Source: a virus (Duplodnaviria > Caudoviricetes). Taken from it: a stretch of 62,216 bases of DNA. Below are positions 27,376 to 36,271 of this stretch, piece after piece (the stretch's first letter is position 1; each line of letters starts with the position of its first letter). The notes beneath the pieces were generated by a model that worked only from the letters and a program-made list of their open reading frames with translations, was not told the origin of the DNA and searched no databases. Location of the stretch: the IMG/VR virus record IMGVR_UViG_3300046357_000001, positions 1-62,216 of that record; one strand, given 5' to 3'. Made by a program: the position numbers and the translations under genes.

Positions 27376-30300
27376 ATGGCCAAGTACTTCCCTCTGCCCG
27401 ACGGTAACTCTATCAAAGTCCCAGATAGCATGACTTACCAAGAGGCAAGTGCATTAGCGCAGCAGGACTTTCCGGAACTTTTCAACGAAAAACCGAAAGC
27501 CAAAAAAGGGTTGATGGCGGACTTGGCGGGTAGTGCGCAGAACTTGATAAACATTGGGCGCACAGGTATTGGCGCTCTGACAGGCAACACAACTGCTGCC
27601 GCAGAAGCAGGCGCAGAACGTGCAAAAACCCTTGGTGAAAAGTACGAGTCTGGGTTCCAACCGCAAAACATTGCCGACAAGTGGAACCAAGGGGAGTATC
27701 TAGGCGCGGCAGGGGAGGCGTTGAGCCAAATCCCGTCAGCCGTAGCATCCATCGCTCCTTCTGTTGGTCAAGAAATGGGTTTAGCGGCCACTGGCCGTAT
27801 TGCGGGCGGTGCATTAGGTTCCTTAGCTGGCCCCGGCGGTACATTGATTGGTCAACAAGTTGGTCAGTACGCACTTCCCTTAGCGGTTAACTTTGTGCAA
27901 GCCTTGGGTAGCCAAGCGCAAGAAAAGATTGCAGCTCAAAAAGCAGCAGGCGAAAAACCAGACGTGGACGCCATGCAGCTCGCTCCTTATGCTGCGGGTA
28001 ATGCTGCCCTGAACTTGGTAGGCACCAAGATTGCTATGCCGAGCATCTTTAAAAAGGCAATTGGCCAAAAAGTTGCTGGCGAAGCCGCGGATGAAACCCG
28101 TAAAGCGTTGGTGGCCAACGCACTTAAAGTAGCAAATCGGGGTACATGGAACACAATCGGGCGCGGCGTTGGTGGGTTTGCTTTTGGTGAACTGCCTACC
28201 GAAGTCTTGCAAGATGTCCTAGACCGTGCTGCTGTTGGCAAACCTCTTGCAGATGACGACGCGCTTAAACAATACCGTGACACCACTTTCAATATGCTGC
28301 TGGCTTCCCCCTTGGGAGCTGGCTTCGGTGTACATCAACGCGCACAAGCACGAGATACTGTTGTCCAAGATGATGCGCTAAAACAACGTCAAGCAGATGC
28401 ACAGAACCGTCAACTTGCCAAGCAAGAAGCCGAACAAAAAGCCGCTGCCGAAGCACAGGCTGAAGCCGATCGCAAAGCTGACCCTGCCTATGCTGAGCAG
28501 TTCTTGCAGGATTACGAAGCTCGCCTTGCTGAGTTCCAAGGCATCAACACCAAAAAGTTGGGCAAGGACGCTACGTTTGAAGAACGTGAAATCCTCAACG
28601 AAAACAAAGCCAAAAAAGCAGAGCTTGGCGCACAGCTTTCTGCTGACACACAAGAGTACCGCCAGCTTAAAGGGCTCCACGAAGCAGCACAGAACGCCCC
28701 TGCCCAAGCAGAAATGTTCCCAGAGACCCGTGGTGGTCAAACCCCCGGGGCGCAGCAAGTTGCACAAGATGAACAGCAACGGGCACTGTACGGCCAACAG
28801 TCTGCTATACAAGTACCCGCAGCCCCCGCAGGCATGACGTCGCAACCCGCATTGCCAGAAACAGTGCCTGATTACCTACAGCAAGCACGTGCGCTAAAGA
28901 CCCAGATTGAACCGTTGCAAACTCAAATGCAACAGACGTCTGACTTGAACCGAAAACTTGCGTTGGGTAAACAACTCACAGACATCAACAGCGCCATAGT
29001 GGAAGCCGAGAAAGCTGCCAAGAAACAAGGCAAGTCTCCCCAAGACCAGATTAAAGCGTTGGCGTATCAAATGTCCGCCGCTGAGATCAACGGAGATCAC
29101 GAAGCACAGATAACCATTGCGCAAAAACTGCTGGCATTGGGCGTTACAGACCTGTCCAAGTTACCTCAAGCGTTTGACCTCAAAGCTACTAAAAAGCAAT
29201 TCTCTGAAACACAAGCTGAGTTTGATACGCGAGCAGGCGAAGCCATTGCTTCGGGTCGCGAAGGGAACCGCGCACAACAAAACAAGATTACGGCCGAAGC
29301 CGCCAAGCTCGGCAAGATTGGTGAGAACTATCAGCCTACCGGCGAAGAATACTCTCGTGATGCTCGTCAAGAACGCCAGACTCAGAACGAAATTTTGAAG
29401 ATGGAAGACCAAGCGGCCATGAACAAGGGCCAAACCGCACAATACACGTTGTTTGGTGAAGACACAGGCTCTCGTCCACAAGTTCGCACGGATGCTCAAG
29501 GCAACGTGAAAGAACTGCCCGGCAAAGATTTAACTTTCGGCACACCTCTGACAAGTAGCCAACGCTCAGGCACTGGCGCTTTGTCTACGAACACTCGCGC
29601 CCGCCTACAAGCCGCGTTGCAAATTGCCCAAGCTACAGGTAACCGCCAAGCCGTGTCTGATGCCGTTGCTGCCTTGAAGGATTTGAAAGCACGGGAAGAA
29701 GCCCAAGCTGGTGCTGGAGACCAAACGTACAACTTTGCTGAGTTAGAAAAAGCATCCGGCCAAAAGATGCCTGCTAACGTGGCGGCTCAGCAGAATGCTG
29801 CTGATGCCCGTGATACGGCTTACGCCAACGTTGTGGATCTTGTGTCCAAATACAACCAAGGCAAGGCTAAAAAAGAAGCTCTGGATAGAGCACGTGACTT
29901 CCTGATTGAGAATTTGGCCAAAGACATTGAGACTTCACGTGGCAAACCGCTGACTACTGCGGAACAGTTGCAAGTCCAAGACCAAGCCAACAAACTGTTG
30001 GACGAACTAATCGGGCGTTTTGGAGATACGCGCAACGTATCCAGTGTCGGTACTGGCTACTTCACTGCTGAGTCCAAAGGCCCCGGCTACCGTACATTTG
30101 CCAACCCCTACGCTGCCGCCATGTCGATTCAAGAAGGTCTGGACAACATCCGCAACAAGGGTGTTGAAGGTCGTTTAGGTTCGACCACGGTCGAGGCAAA
30201 GACTACCCCAACGGAAACCACACCAGCTATGGTGATGGATCAACTGCATCGCGTACTCAACGCGGACATCACGGATGCCGACCGTCAAACAGCTATCCAG

Positions 30301-33300
30301 ATCGCTGACAACTTGAAGGCACTTGCCAACAACAAAGAGTCTTTGGCGCTTGCATCTGACTGGTTGTACCAACTCAATACAGGCAAAGCACAACCAACAA
30401 CAGGTGCCGGTACTGGTAACCGCCGTACATACACGCCTGCGGAACAAAGCGCTCTGACAAAAGATGTTAAAGCATTGTTGGCTACGGCCGAGTTGGGTAA
30501 GCGCTCTGAGACCGAAGGCGGTAAGACTGCTATCCAAGAAGAACTGCCCGGCGTCGAAGCTGCCGGTACTGTGTTTGGTTCTCAGAAAGAGTTTGACGAC
30601 TACTTGGCCAGCGATGCGCTGGTTCAAATCCGTAAAGACCAAGGTCTCGTCACGCAAACCGTGTCGCGCCTGAAAGCTGTTGCTGCACCCTTTGCTAAGA
30701 AGGCTGAAGGTTTACGCGTTCAGTTGGCCTCTTTGCAAGCAAAGTATGCGGCCGCACAACAGGTGTCTGCGGATGAAGTTGATTTGGCCAAAGCCATGTC
30801 CGCCGAAGCTAAGGCAAACTTGAAAGCCGTGATCGATCGCCTTGATGCAGAACTGTGGCAACACCAAGAAGCCTATATTCAGGCAAGCATAACCTTTGGT
30901 TTCTCAGTTAAAACGGCTGAAGAACTTTCAGCCAACATTGAAGCAAATGCCCGCGACTATACGGAACCACAACGCAAAGCCTTGTCAGACTACCGTAAGG
31001 CAAAACGTGCATTGGCAAAAGAAGTAGCTAAAGACCCGCAGTCTTTGGTATGGCCAAGCGCGACGTTCAAAGAACGCGACGATTGGGTAAACGCCACTTT
31101 TGGCCAGCACCAGATCAACGTAATCAAGGCCCAAGCTGAAGTAGTACACGCAACGCAGACGTATCGTATGGCGATGGCTCGTAGCCAAACACAACAGTCC
31201 GTAGTTAAATTCCTTGATACTGACCTGAACTTGCAGATGCAGCTTCAAGGTGAGCTGGCCGAAATGGACCGCGCTGGAGAAAGTTTGTTAAACGCCGGTG
31301 TTGCCCTCGAGCTGGCCAAACAAAAACAAGATCGCAGTCACAAAAGCAAAAAGTCTTTGCAGTTGGCAACATCTGACATCAGTGCTGCTATGCAGATTGA
31401 ACAAGAAGCGTTGGCCGCTGCTCAAGGAAAACAAAACTTGGAGCTGGCCCAAATCAACGCAACTGCCACTGAGCTGGCCGCAGCAGAAGCCGAAGCCAAC
31501 AAAGCAGACACCCTTATTGAACGCCAGCGTAAGCAACGTGAGCGTGACCAAGAGACCTTGTATGCTGAAAACATTTACGACCGCGAAAAACGTGATCGTG
31601 AAGAGCGTCGTCTTGATAATGAGTCCCGTGCCCGCTTGGAGGGTATTCCCGGCCAGCGTTTGGACTTCTCTAAGCGTCGTGAGATGCTCAATGTTGTTGA
31701 CTCTTCGCGTGACGCTGAAGACCAGATCACTTTCAATATTGAAGACTCCAACCGTGCTTTGGATCAAATCAACAAGAACATCGAGCTGCAACAAACTGCT
31801 ATCGACAATGTGCAGGTCATCATCGGCGTACTCAAACCAAAGAAACGCTTAGGCACAAAACAAACTGTTGACCTTGAACACGCTGAGCGAAAGCTCCAAG
31901 ACGCAACCGCAGCTTTGGAGAAGAGCAAGCAGAGCAAGCAAGTTTTTGAACGTGCCATTGCTCGCAGCGAAAGCGCTCTTACTCGCCTGAACAAACGCGT
32001 GGAAGAAATTAGCAAGGCGTTCAGCAATGATGCAGAAGTGCAGAAAAAAATAAAGGCGTCTGCTACACGTCGTATTGCCAGCCGTGAAAACCAGCTGGAT
32101 ACGTTGTCTCAAAAGCTCAACAATATCCGTGACGATGAGGCCAACCGCCCAGAGCGCACAAAGATTCGCCACGAGATTGCCAAGAAGAAGCGTGAAATTC
32201 GTGACATTCGAGGCCAGATTGAGGGTGAACGTGGCTTGACGCGCACCGTGTTGCATATGCCTCAGGCCACTGTGGACCGTCTACAAACAATCGCGGACAA
32301 CACGGCTCTGCCTGAGACGGTGCGTAATGCCGCGGAAGCCAAGCTGAATTTACAAGCAGATTTGGACGAAGAAGCTAGCCTGACTCCAGTTGCTAAACCT
32401 ACCAAGGAAGACGAGTCTCAAGAAGCCGTAGCCGCACGCAAAGCACTTGGTAAACGCAAGCTCGGCCCCGTTGTAAAAGACGTTTACACAGGCAAGACTT
32501 CTCAAGCAGGAACAGTCAAAGGTCTTACAGGTAACCAAGCACTCAAGCAAACCATCAAAGGCGATGCGCTTCGTCAAGCGTTTGCTCGTATTGAGTACCT
32601 TGATGACTTGTATGAGCGTACTCAGGCAGCACTTGACCGTGCTACAGATCCAGAAAAGATCGCCAAGTTTAAGAGTAACCTGAGCACCATCGAAGCGGAC
32701 CGCAATAAAGCCGAAGCACACACAGACGGGTTTACCCCAATCGGTGTGGGCACTGACGCAACACAAGCAACCAGCTCTGTACAGACGCTTTTGAATAACG
32801 AAGGTAAGGATGCTTTGGCCGATGGCCGCACGCTTGACGTTTTGCGTAACATCATTGCTACTACTGACGTGCCCTTTATTCGTGAGAATGCCGAGAAACT
32901 ATTGGCGTTTGTGTCCCGTACGCGCATCATGTACTCGCCTGACATAACCGTCAACGGTGAGGCTGTGCCTGCTGCCTACAACGCCCAAGAAAATGCTGTT
33001 GGTGTGCGCCCGGGCTTCGAGTCTGAGTCCAACGTAGTCCACGAGCTGACCCACGCTGCAACCATGCGTGCGCTGGAAGGCCCAGAAGAAAAGCTCAACG
33101 CGGACCAGCTTGCAGCTAAGCGCGAGATTACCGGCATCTACAACCGCCTAACTGCTGATGGAACGCTCAAAGGGCAGTACGCGGCTAAAAACGTCAAAGA
33201 GTTTGTGTCTGAAGTGCAGTCCAACGCAGACCTGCGTAAGAAACTAGGTAGCGTCAAAATGTTTGGCTCTACCGCTCTGCGTAAAATCTTTGACGCAATC

Positions 33301-36093
33301 ATGCGCTTCGTTGGTATGAACCCTTCCTATGTGAAAACTGAAGAAGCCCAAGCCGTCATTGAGCGCCTGTACATGCAGTCTGGCAAGCTCGAAGGTGTGG
33401 CGGACTCTGCCAACATCTTTGCTCCTACTAAACCCAAGTACGGTTCAGAAAATGCTTTAACCGAGTTTGCTAAAAAAACCGTGTCTCAGCCAAAAGGTCT
33501 TAAAGAACGCTTAGGTAAGAACATAGCACTTGAAGCGGAAATGGAAATTGCTGACATGCGCGCTGCGGCTCGTGAAGTTCTCAATATTGGTTCCAAGTCT
33601 TTTAACAACGACCAGCAATTCACGCAGGCTATGGCCTCAATCCTCAAGGCCGACCAGTACATGCCGATGGTTAGCGCGTCGTTGGAGAGTGGGCCTCCTG
33701 AAATTTACGAAGATGCCAAGGGGTTGCGCCAAGTTCAAAGCTCGGGCAAAGATACTGCTATTGACGTGTTTAAAGCTGTTGAAAATGTCCCTGCTGGAAA
33801 TTCAGAAGGCAAGTTTGGTCTTTCGTCGGCGTACATGATTGCGCAACGTGCGACTAACAAAGGCCTGACAAAACTTGACTTGGGCAACCTTGGTGTTAAA
33901 GAGGGTGATCTCGAAGCTGCAATGGATGCGGCCAATGCAGACCCCAAGATGAAAGATGCGCTGGAAAGTGTCCGCGAAAAGTACAACTCTTACAACGCTG
34001 GACTCATTAAGTTCTTGGCCTCAACAGGCAAAATAACTAAAGCAACGGCTGAAAAGTGGTTGCAAGAGGGCGACTACGTGCCTTACTACCGCGTCCGTGA
34101 CGACGGTACTGCGGAGCTAGTGTTCGGTGGTGAAAAAACAATCACTATTGGCGACATCCGCCACCAACCGTACCTTGCTGAACTTGTAGGCGGAGAAACA
34201 AAAATCTTGCCGTTGAACGAGTCCATCATGCGTAACACCATGCTGATTGTTAAATCTGGTATGTCTAACCTTGCGGCCAAAGAAATGGGCTACGCAATGC
34301 AGATGCTTGGTAAAGGCGCTGGCCCTATTGACGCTAAGACGGGTTTAGCTACCAACAAAATGGCGATTAAAAAGGGTAAAAATCCCGGCGGCCCTAACAT
34401 TATTGTATTTGACCAAGAGCCAGACCCCAAAGACTCCAAGGACGACGGTCAACGCTACGTGCGTGTGGAAACTGAAGGAACCGTGGCAGAGGGTATCCCC
34501 ACCGCTTTGTTGGTGCGTAGCTTAGAAGGCGCACACTTGACGTTGCCTGCTTTCTTAAAGATTGGTGGTATTGCCGGTGACTTGCTACGCAAAGGCATTA
34601 CCCGTATGCCGCCGTACATCTTGCGCCAGCTCTACCGTGACCCAATGGCTGCATCGTTTACGGCTGGTTTGAACTACGGTCCATTCACGGCTGTGGTTAA
34701 GGCGGGTAAAGAGTTTATTGCGTCTAGCCGTGGCGAGAGCAAGACCAATGCGGAACTGATTAAAAAAGGTTTGGTGCAAAGTGGTATCTACACTGGCGAC
34801 CCAGACGATGTGTCAGCGTTTGCTTTGCAGTTGGCCAGCGGTAAAGGGCAAGGCACTGTCGATAGTTTCTTGGCTATGCTGGACCGCGCAGCCATCCGCG
34901 CTGACTCTGCAACACGTTCTTTGGTATACGACAACGCGCTTGCCAACGGTTTGTCCGAAGTCGAAGCCGACATGATGGTCATGGAGTCCATGAACTTCTA
35001 CAAACGTGGGCTGTCTCCAACCGTGCAGTACGCCAACCGTTTGATCCCGTTCATGAACGCACAGATTCAAGGTTTGAACGTGCTGTACAAAGCAGCCACT
35101 GGCAAGATGCCGTTCAACGAGCAACAGCAAATTAAGCGTAAGTTTTACAACAACGCACTTGTGCTGTTTGCTACGGGCTTTGCCTATGCAATGGCGATGG
35201 ACGACGATGAAACGTTCAAGAACGCCAAGCCTCGCGACAAGTACAGCAACTTCTTCGTGAACTTGCCCGGCGTTGATGAGCCTTTGAAGATTGCAATTCC
35301 ATACGAAGCTGGGTGGTTCTTCTCTGCGGCAGTAGCGGCAGTAGATGCGGTTAAAGCCGAGACCGATAATAAGCAACAGTTTGAAGCCATCCGCGATATG
35401 TTCTTAGGCGCTGTGCCCGGCTATAGCTCAAAGTTTGTGCCGCAAGCCGTCAAACCTTTGTTCGAAGTGTTCTTCAACAAGAGCTTCTTCTCAGGCAACA
35501 ACATCGAGTCAATGGGTATGCAGGGTAAGACTGCTGACCAACGCTACAACACCAGCACCACCGAAGGCGCGAAAATGTTGGCCAACGTATTGCCCGGCCT
35601 GTCACCCATTCAGGTTGACTACTTGGCCAAGGCGTACTTGGGCGCAGCGCCAATTCTGGCGTTGCAAGCTGCCGGTAGTTTGTTCGAGAAAGAAGGTGCG
35701 GTTGAAAAACCCGAAGCGCGGTTGTCACAGAACCCTGTGTTCGGTTCTATGTTCCAACGCACACATGGCGGGGCGGATGCGGACGTGGTGTTCAAGTTGG
35801 CGAACGAAGCTAAGCAAGCCAAGTCTTCGTTTGATAGCCTGAAGAAAAGCGGTGACCTTGGAGAAATGCAAGAGTTTGGGGAAACCCACCGCGAGGAGTT
35901 GGCAGCAGCTCCCGCAGCGGCAAGGTTCATATCCAATATGGGCAAGCTCAGAACTCAAGAAGAGCTAATTACCAACCGCGCTAACCTTACCGCCGCCGAG
36001 AAGCGCACGCGTATTGATGGTCTTGATGAAGCACGTCAGACTATCTCGAAGCAGTATATGCAAGCGATCAAGAAGATTGAGAGCCAGTTCTAA
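27376..36093 (+). CDS. Giant internal virion (large polyvalent) protein with HExxH motif and probable LPD38-like C-terminus
   Basis: 2905 aa with long coiled coils, VVHELTHAAT, YVPYYR, LIPFMNAQIQG, IAIPYEAG, SPIQVDYL. Confidence 0.7.
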   Translation: MAKYFPLPDGNSIKVPDSMTYQEASALAQQDFPELFNEKPKAKKGLMADLAGSAQNLINIGRTGIGALTGNTTAAAEAGAERAKTLGEKYESGFQPQNIADKWNQGEYLGAAGEALSQIPSAVASIAPSVGQEMGLAATGRIAGGALGSLAGPGGTLIGQQVGQYALPLAVNFVQALGSQAQEKIAAQKAAGEKPDVDAMQLAPYAAGNAALNLVGTKIAMPSIFKKAIGQKVAGEAADETRKALVANALKVANRGTWNTIGRGVGGFAFGELPTEVLQDVLDRAAVGKPLADDDALKQYRDTTFNMLLASPLGAGFGVHQRAQARDTVVQDDALKQRQADAQNRQLAKQEAEQKAAAEAQAEADRKADPAYAEQFLQDYEARLAEFQGINTKKLGKDATFEEREILNENKAKKAELGAQLSADTQEYRQLKGLHEAAQNAPAQAEMFPETRGGQTPGAQQVAQDEQQRALYGQQSAIQVPAAPAGMTSQPALPETVPDYLQQARALKTQIEPLQTQMQQTSDLNRKLALGKQLTDINSAIVEAEKAAKKQGKSPQDQIKALAYQMSAAEINGDHEAQITIAQKLLALGVTDLSKLPQAFDLKATKKQFSETQAEFDTRAGEAIASGREGNRAQQNKITAEAAKLGKIGENYQPTGEEYSRDARQERQTQNEILKMEDQAAMNKGQTAQYTLFGEDTGSRPQVRTDAQGNVKELPGKDLTFGTPLTSSQRSGTGALSTNTRARLQAALQIAQATGNRQAVSDAVAALKDLKAREEAQAGAGDQTYNFAELEKASGQKMPANVAAQQNAADARDTAYANVVDLVSKYNQGKAKKEALDRARDFLIENLAKDIETSRGKPLTTAEQLQVQDQANKLLDELIGRFGDTRNVSSVGTGYFTAESKGPGYRTFANPYAAAMSIQEGLDNIRNKGVEGRLGSTTVEAKTTPTETTPAMVMDQLHRVLNADITDADRQTAIQIADNLKALANNKESLALASDWLYQLNTGKAQPTTGAGTGNRRTYTPAEQSALTKDVKALLATAELGKRSETEGGKTAIQEELPGVEAAGTVFGSQKEFDDYLASDALVQIRKDQGLVTQTVSRLKAVAAPFAKKAEGLRVQLASLQAKYAAAQQVSADEVDLAKAMSAEAKANLKAVIDRLDAELWQHQEAYIQASITFGFSVKTAEELSANIEANARDYTEPQRKALSDYRKAKRALAKEVAKDPQSLVWPSATFKERDDWVNATFGQHQINVIKAQAEVVHATQTYRMAMARSQTQQSVVKFLDTDLNLQMQLQGELAEMDRAGESLLNAGVALELAKQKQDRSHKSKKSLQLATSDISAAMQIEQEALAAAQGKQNLELAQINATATELAAAEAEANKADTLIERQRKQRERDQETLYAENIYDREKRDREERRLDNESRARLEGIPGQRLDFSKRREMLNVVDSSRDAEDQITFNIEDSNRALDQINKNIELQQTAIDNVQVIIGVLKPKKRLGTKQTVDLEHAERKLQDATAALEKSKQSKQVFERAIARSESALTRLNKRVEEISKAFSNDAEVQKKIKASATRRIASRENQLDTLSQKLNNIRDDEANRPERTKIRHEIAKKKREIRDIRGQIEGERGLTRTVLHMPQATVDRLQTIADNTALPETVRNAAEAKLNLQADLDEEASLTPVAKPTKEDESQEAVAARKALGKRKLGPVVKDVYTGKTSQAGTVKGLTGNQALKQTIKGDALRQAFARIEYLDDLYERTQAALDRATDPEKIAKFKSNLSTIEADRNKAEAHTDGFTPIGVGTDATQATSSVQTLLNNEGKDALADGRTLDVLRNIIATTDVPFIRENAEKLLAFVSRTRIMYSPDITVNGEAVPAAYNAQENAVGVRPGFESESNVVHELTHAATMRALEGPEEKLNADQLAAKREITGIYNRLTADGTLKGQYAAKNVKEFVSEVQSNADLRKKLGSVKMFGSTALRKIFDAIMRFVGMNPSYVKTEEAQAVIERLYMQSGKLEGVADSANIFAPTKPKYGSENALTEFAKKTVSQPKGLKERLGKNIALEAEMEIADMRAAAREVLNIGSKSFNNDQQFTQAMASILKADQYMPMVSASLESGPPEIYEDAKGLRQVQSSGKDTAIDVFKAVENVPAGNSEGKFGLSSAYMIAQRATNKGLTKLDLGNLGVKEGDLEAAMDAANADPKMKDALESVREKYNSYNAGLIKFLASTGKITKATAEKWLQEGDYVPYYRVRDDGTAELVFGGEKTITIGDIRHQPYLAELVGGETKILPLNESIMRNTMLIVKSGMSNLAAKEMGYAMQMLGKGAGPIDAKTGLATNKMAIKKGKNPGGPNIIVFDQEPDPKDSKDDGQRYVRVETEGTVAEGIPTALLVRSLEGAHLTLPAFLKIGGIAGDLLRKGITRMPPYILRQLYRDPMAASFTAGLNYGPFTAVVKAGKEFIASSRGESKTNAELIKKGLVQSGIYTGDPDDVSAFALQLASGKGQGTVDSFLAMLDRAAIRADSATRSLVYDNALANGLSEVEADMMVMESMNFYKRGLSPTVQYANRLIPFMNAQIQGLNVLYKAATGKMPFNEQQQIKRKFYNNALVLFATGFAYAMAMDDDETFKNAKPRDKYSNFFVNLPGVDEPLKIAIPYEAGWFFSAAVAAVDAVKAETDNKQQFEAIRDMFLGAVPGYSSKFVPQAVKPLFEVFFNKSFFSGNNIESMGMQGKTADQRYNTSTTEGAKMLANVLPGLSPIQVDYLAKAYLGAAPILALQAAGSLFEKEGAVEKPEARLSQNPVFGSMFQRTHGGADADVVFKLANEAKQAKSSFDSLKKSGDLGEMQEFGETHREELAAAPAAARFISNMGKLRTQEELITNRANLTAAEKRTRIDGLDEARQTISKQYMQAIKKIESQF

Positions 36094-36271
36094 AGAACCA
36101 GACTCCGATGAGGCCGTTGCGGATGCCGGGCGTAGCCCGAGCATCCAGCATCCTTAGTTTGATGGCTTCCTTTAGGCCAGCTTCACGGATGGCGGTGGTA
36201 TCAAGGCAGGGGATGAAAAACCCCTGCCCCTTCTCAGTCTGCTCCCAAGGATAGTGAATCGCGAGTTTCAT
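36068..36271 (-). CDS. Small hypothetical protein
   Basis: YPWEQTEKGQGFFIPC...GVWF, last gene of the replication operon, overlaps the convergent giant gene. Confidence 0.55.
   Translation of the reverse strand: MKLAIHYPWEQTEKGQGFFIPCLDTTAIREAGLKEAIKLRMLDARATPGIRNGLIGVWFFRTGSQSS

Noticed and set aside
27376-36093. Giant protein as an N4-like virion RNA polymerase
   Set aside because: No RNA polymerase catalytic motifs were recognised; the content fits a polyvalent/ejection protein.
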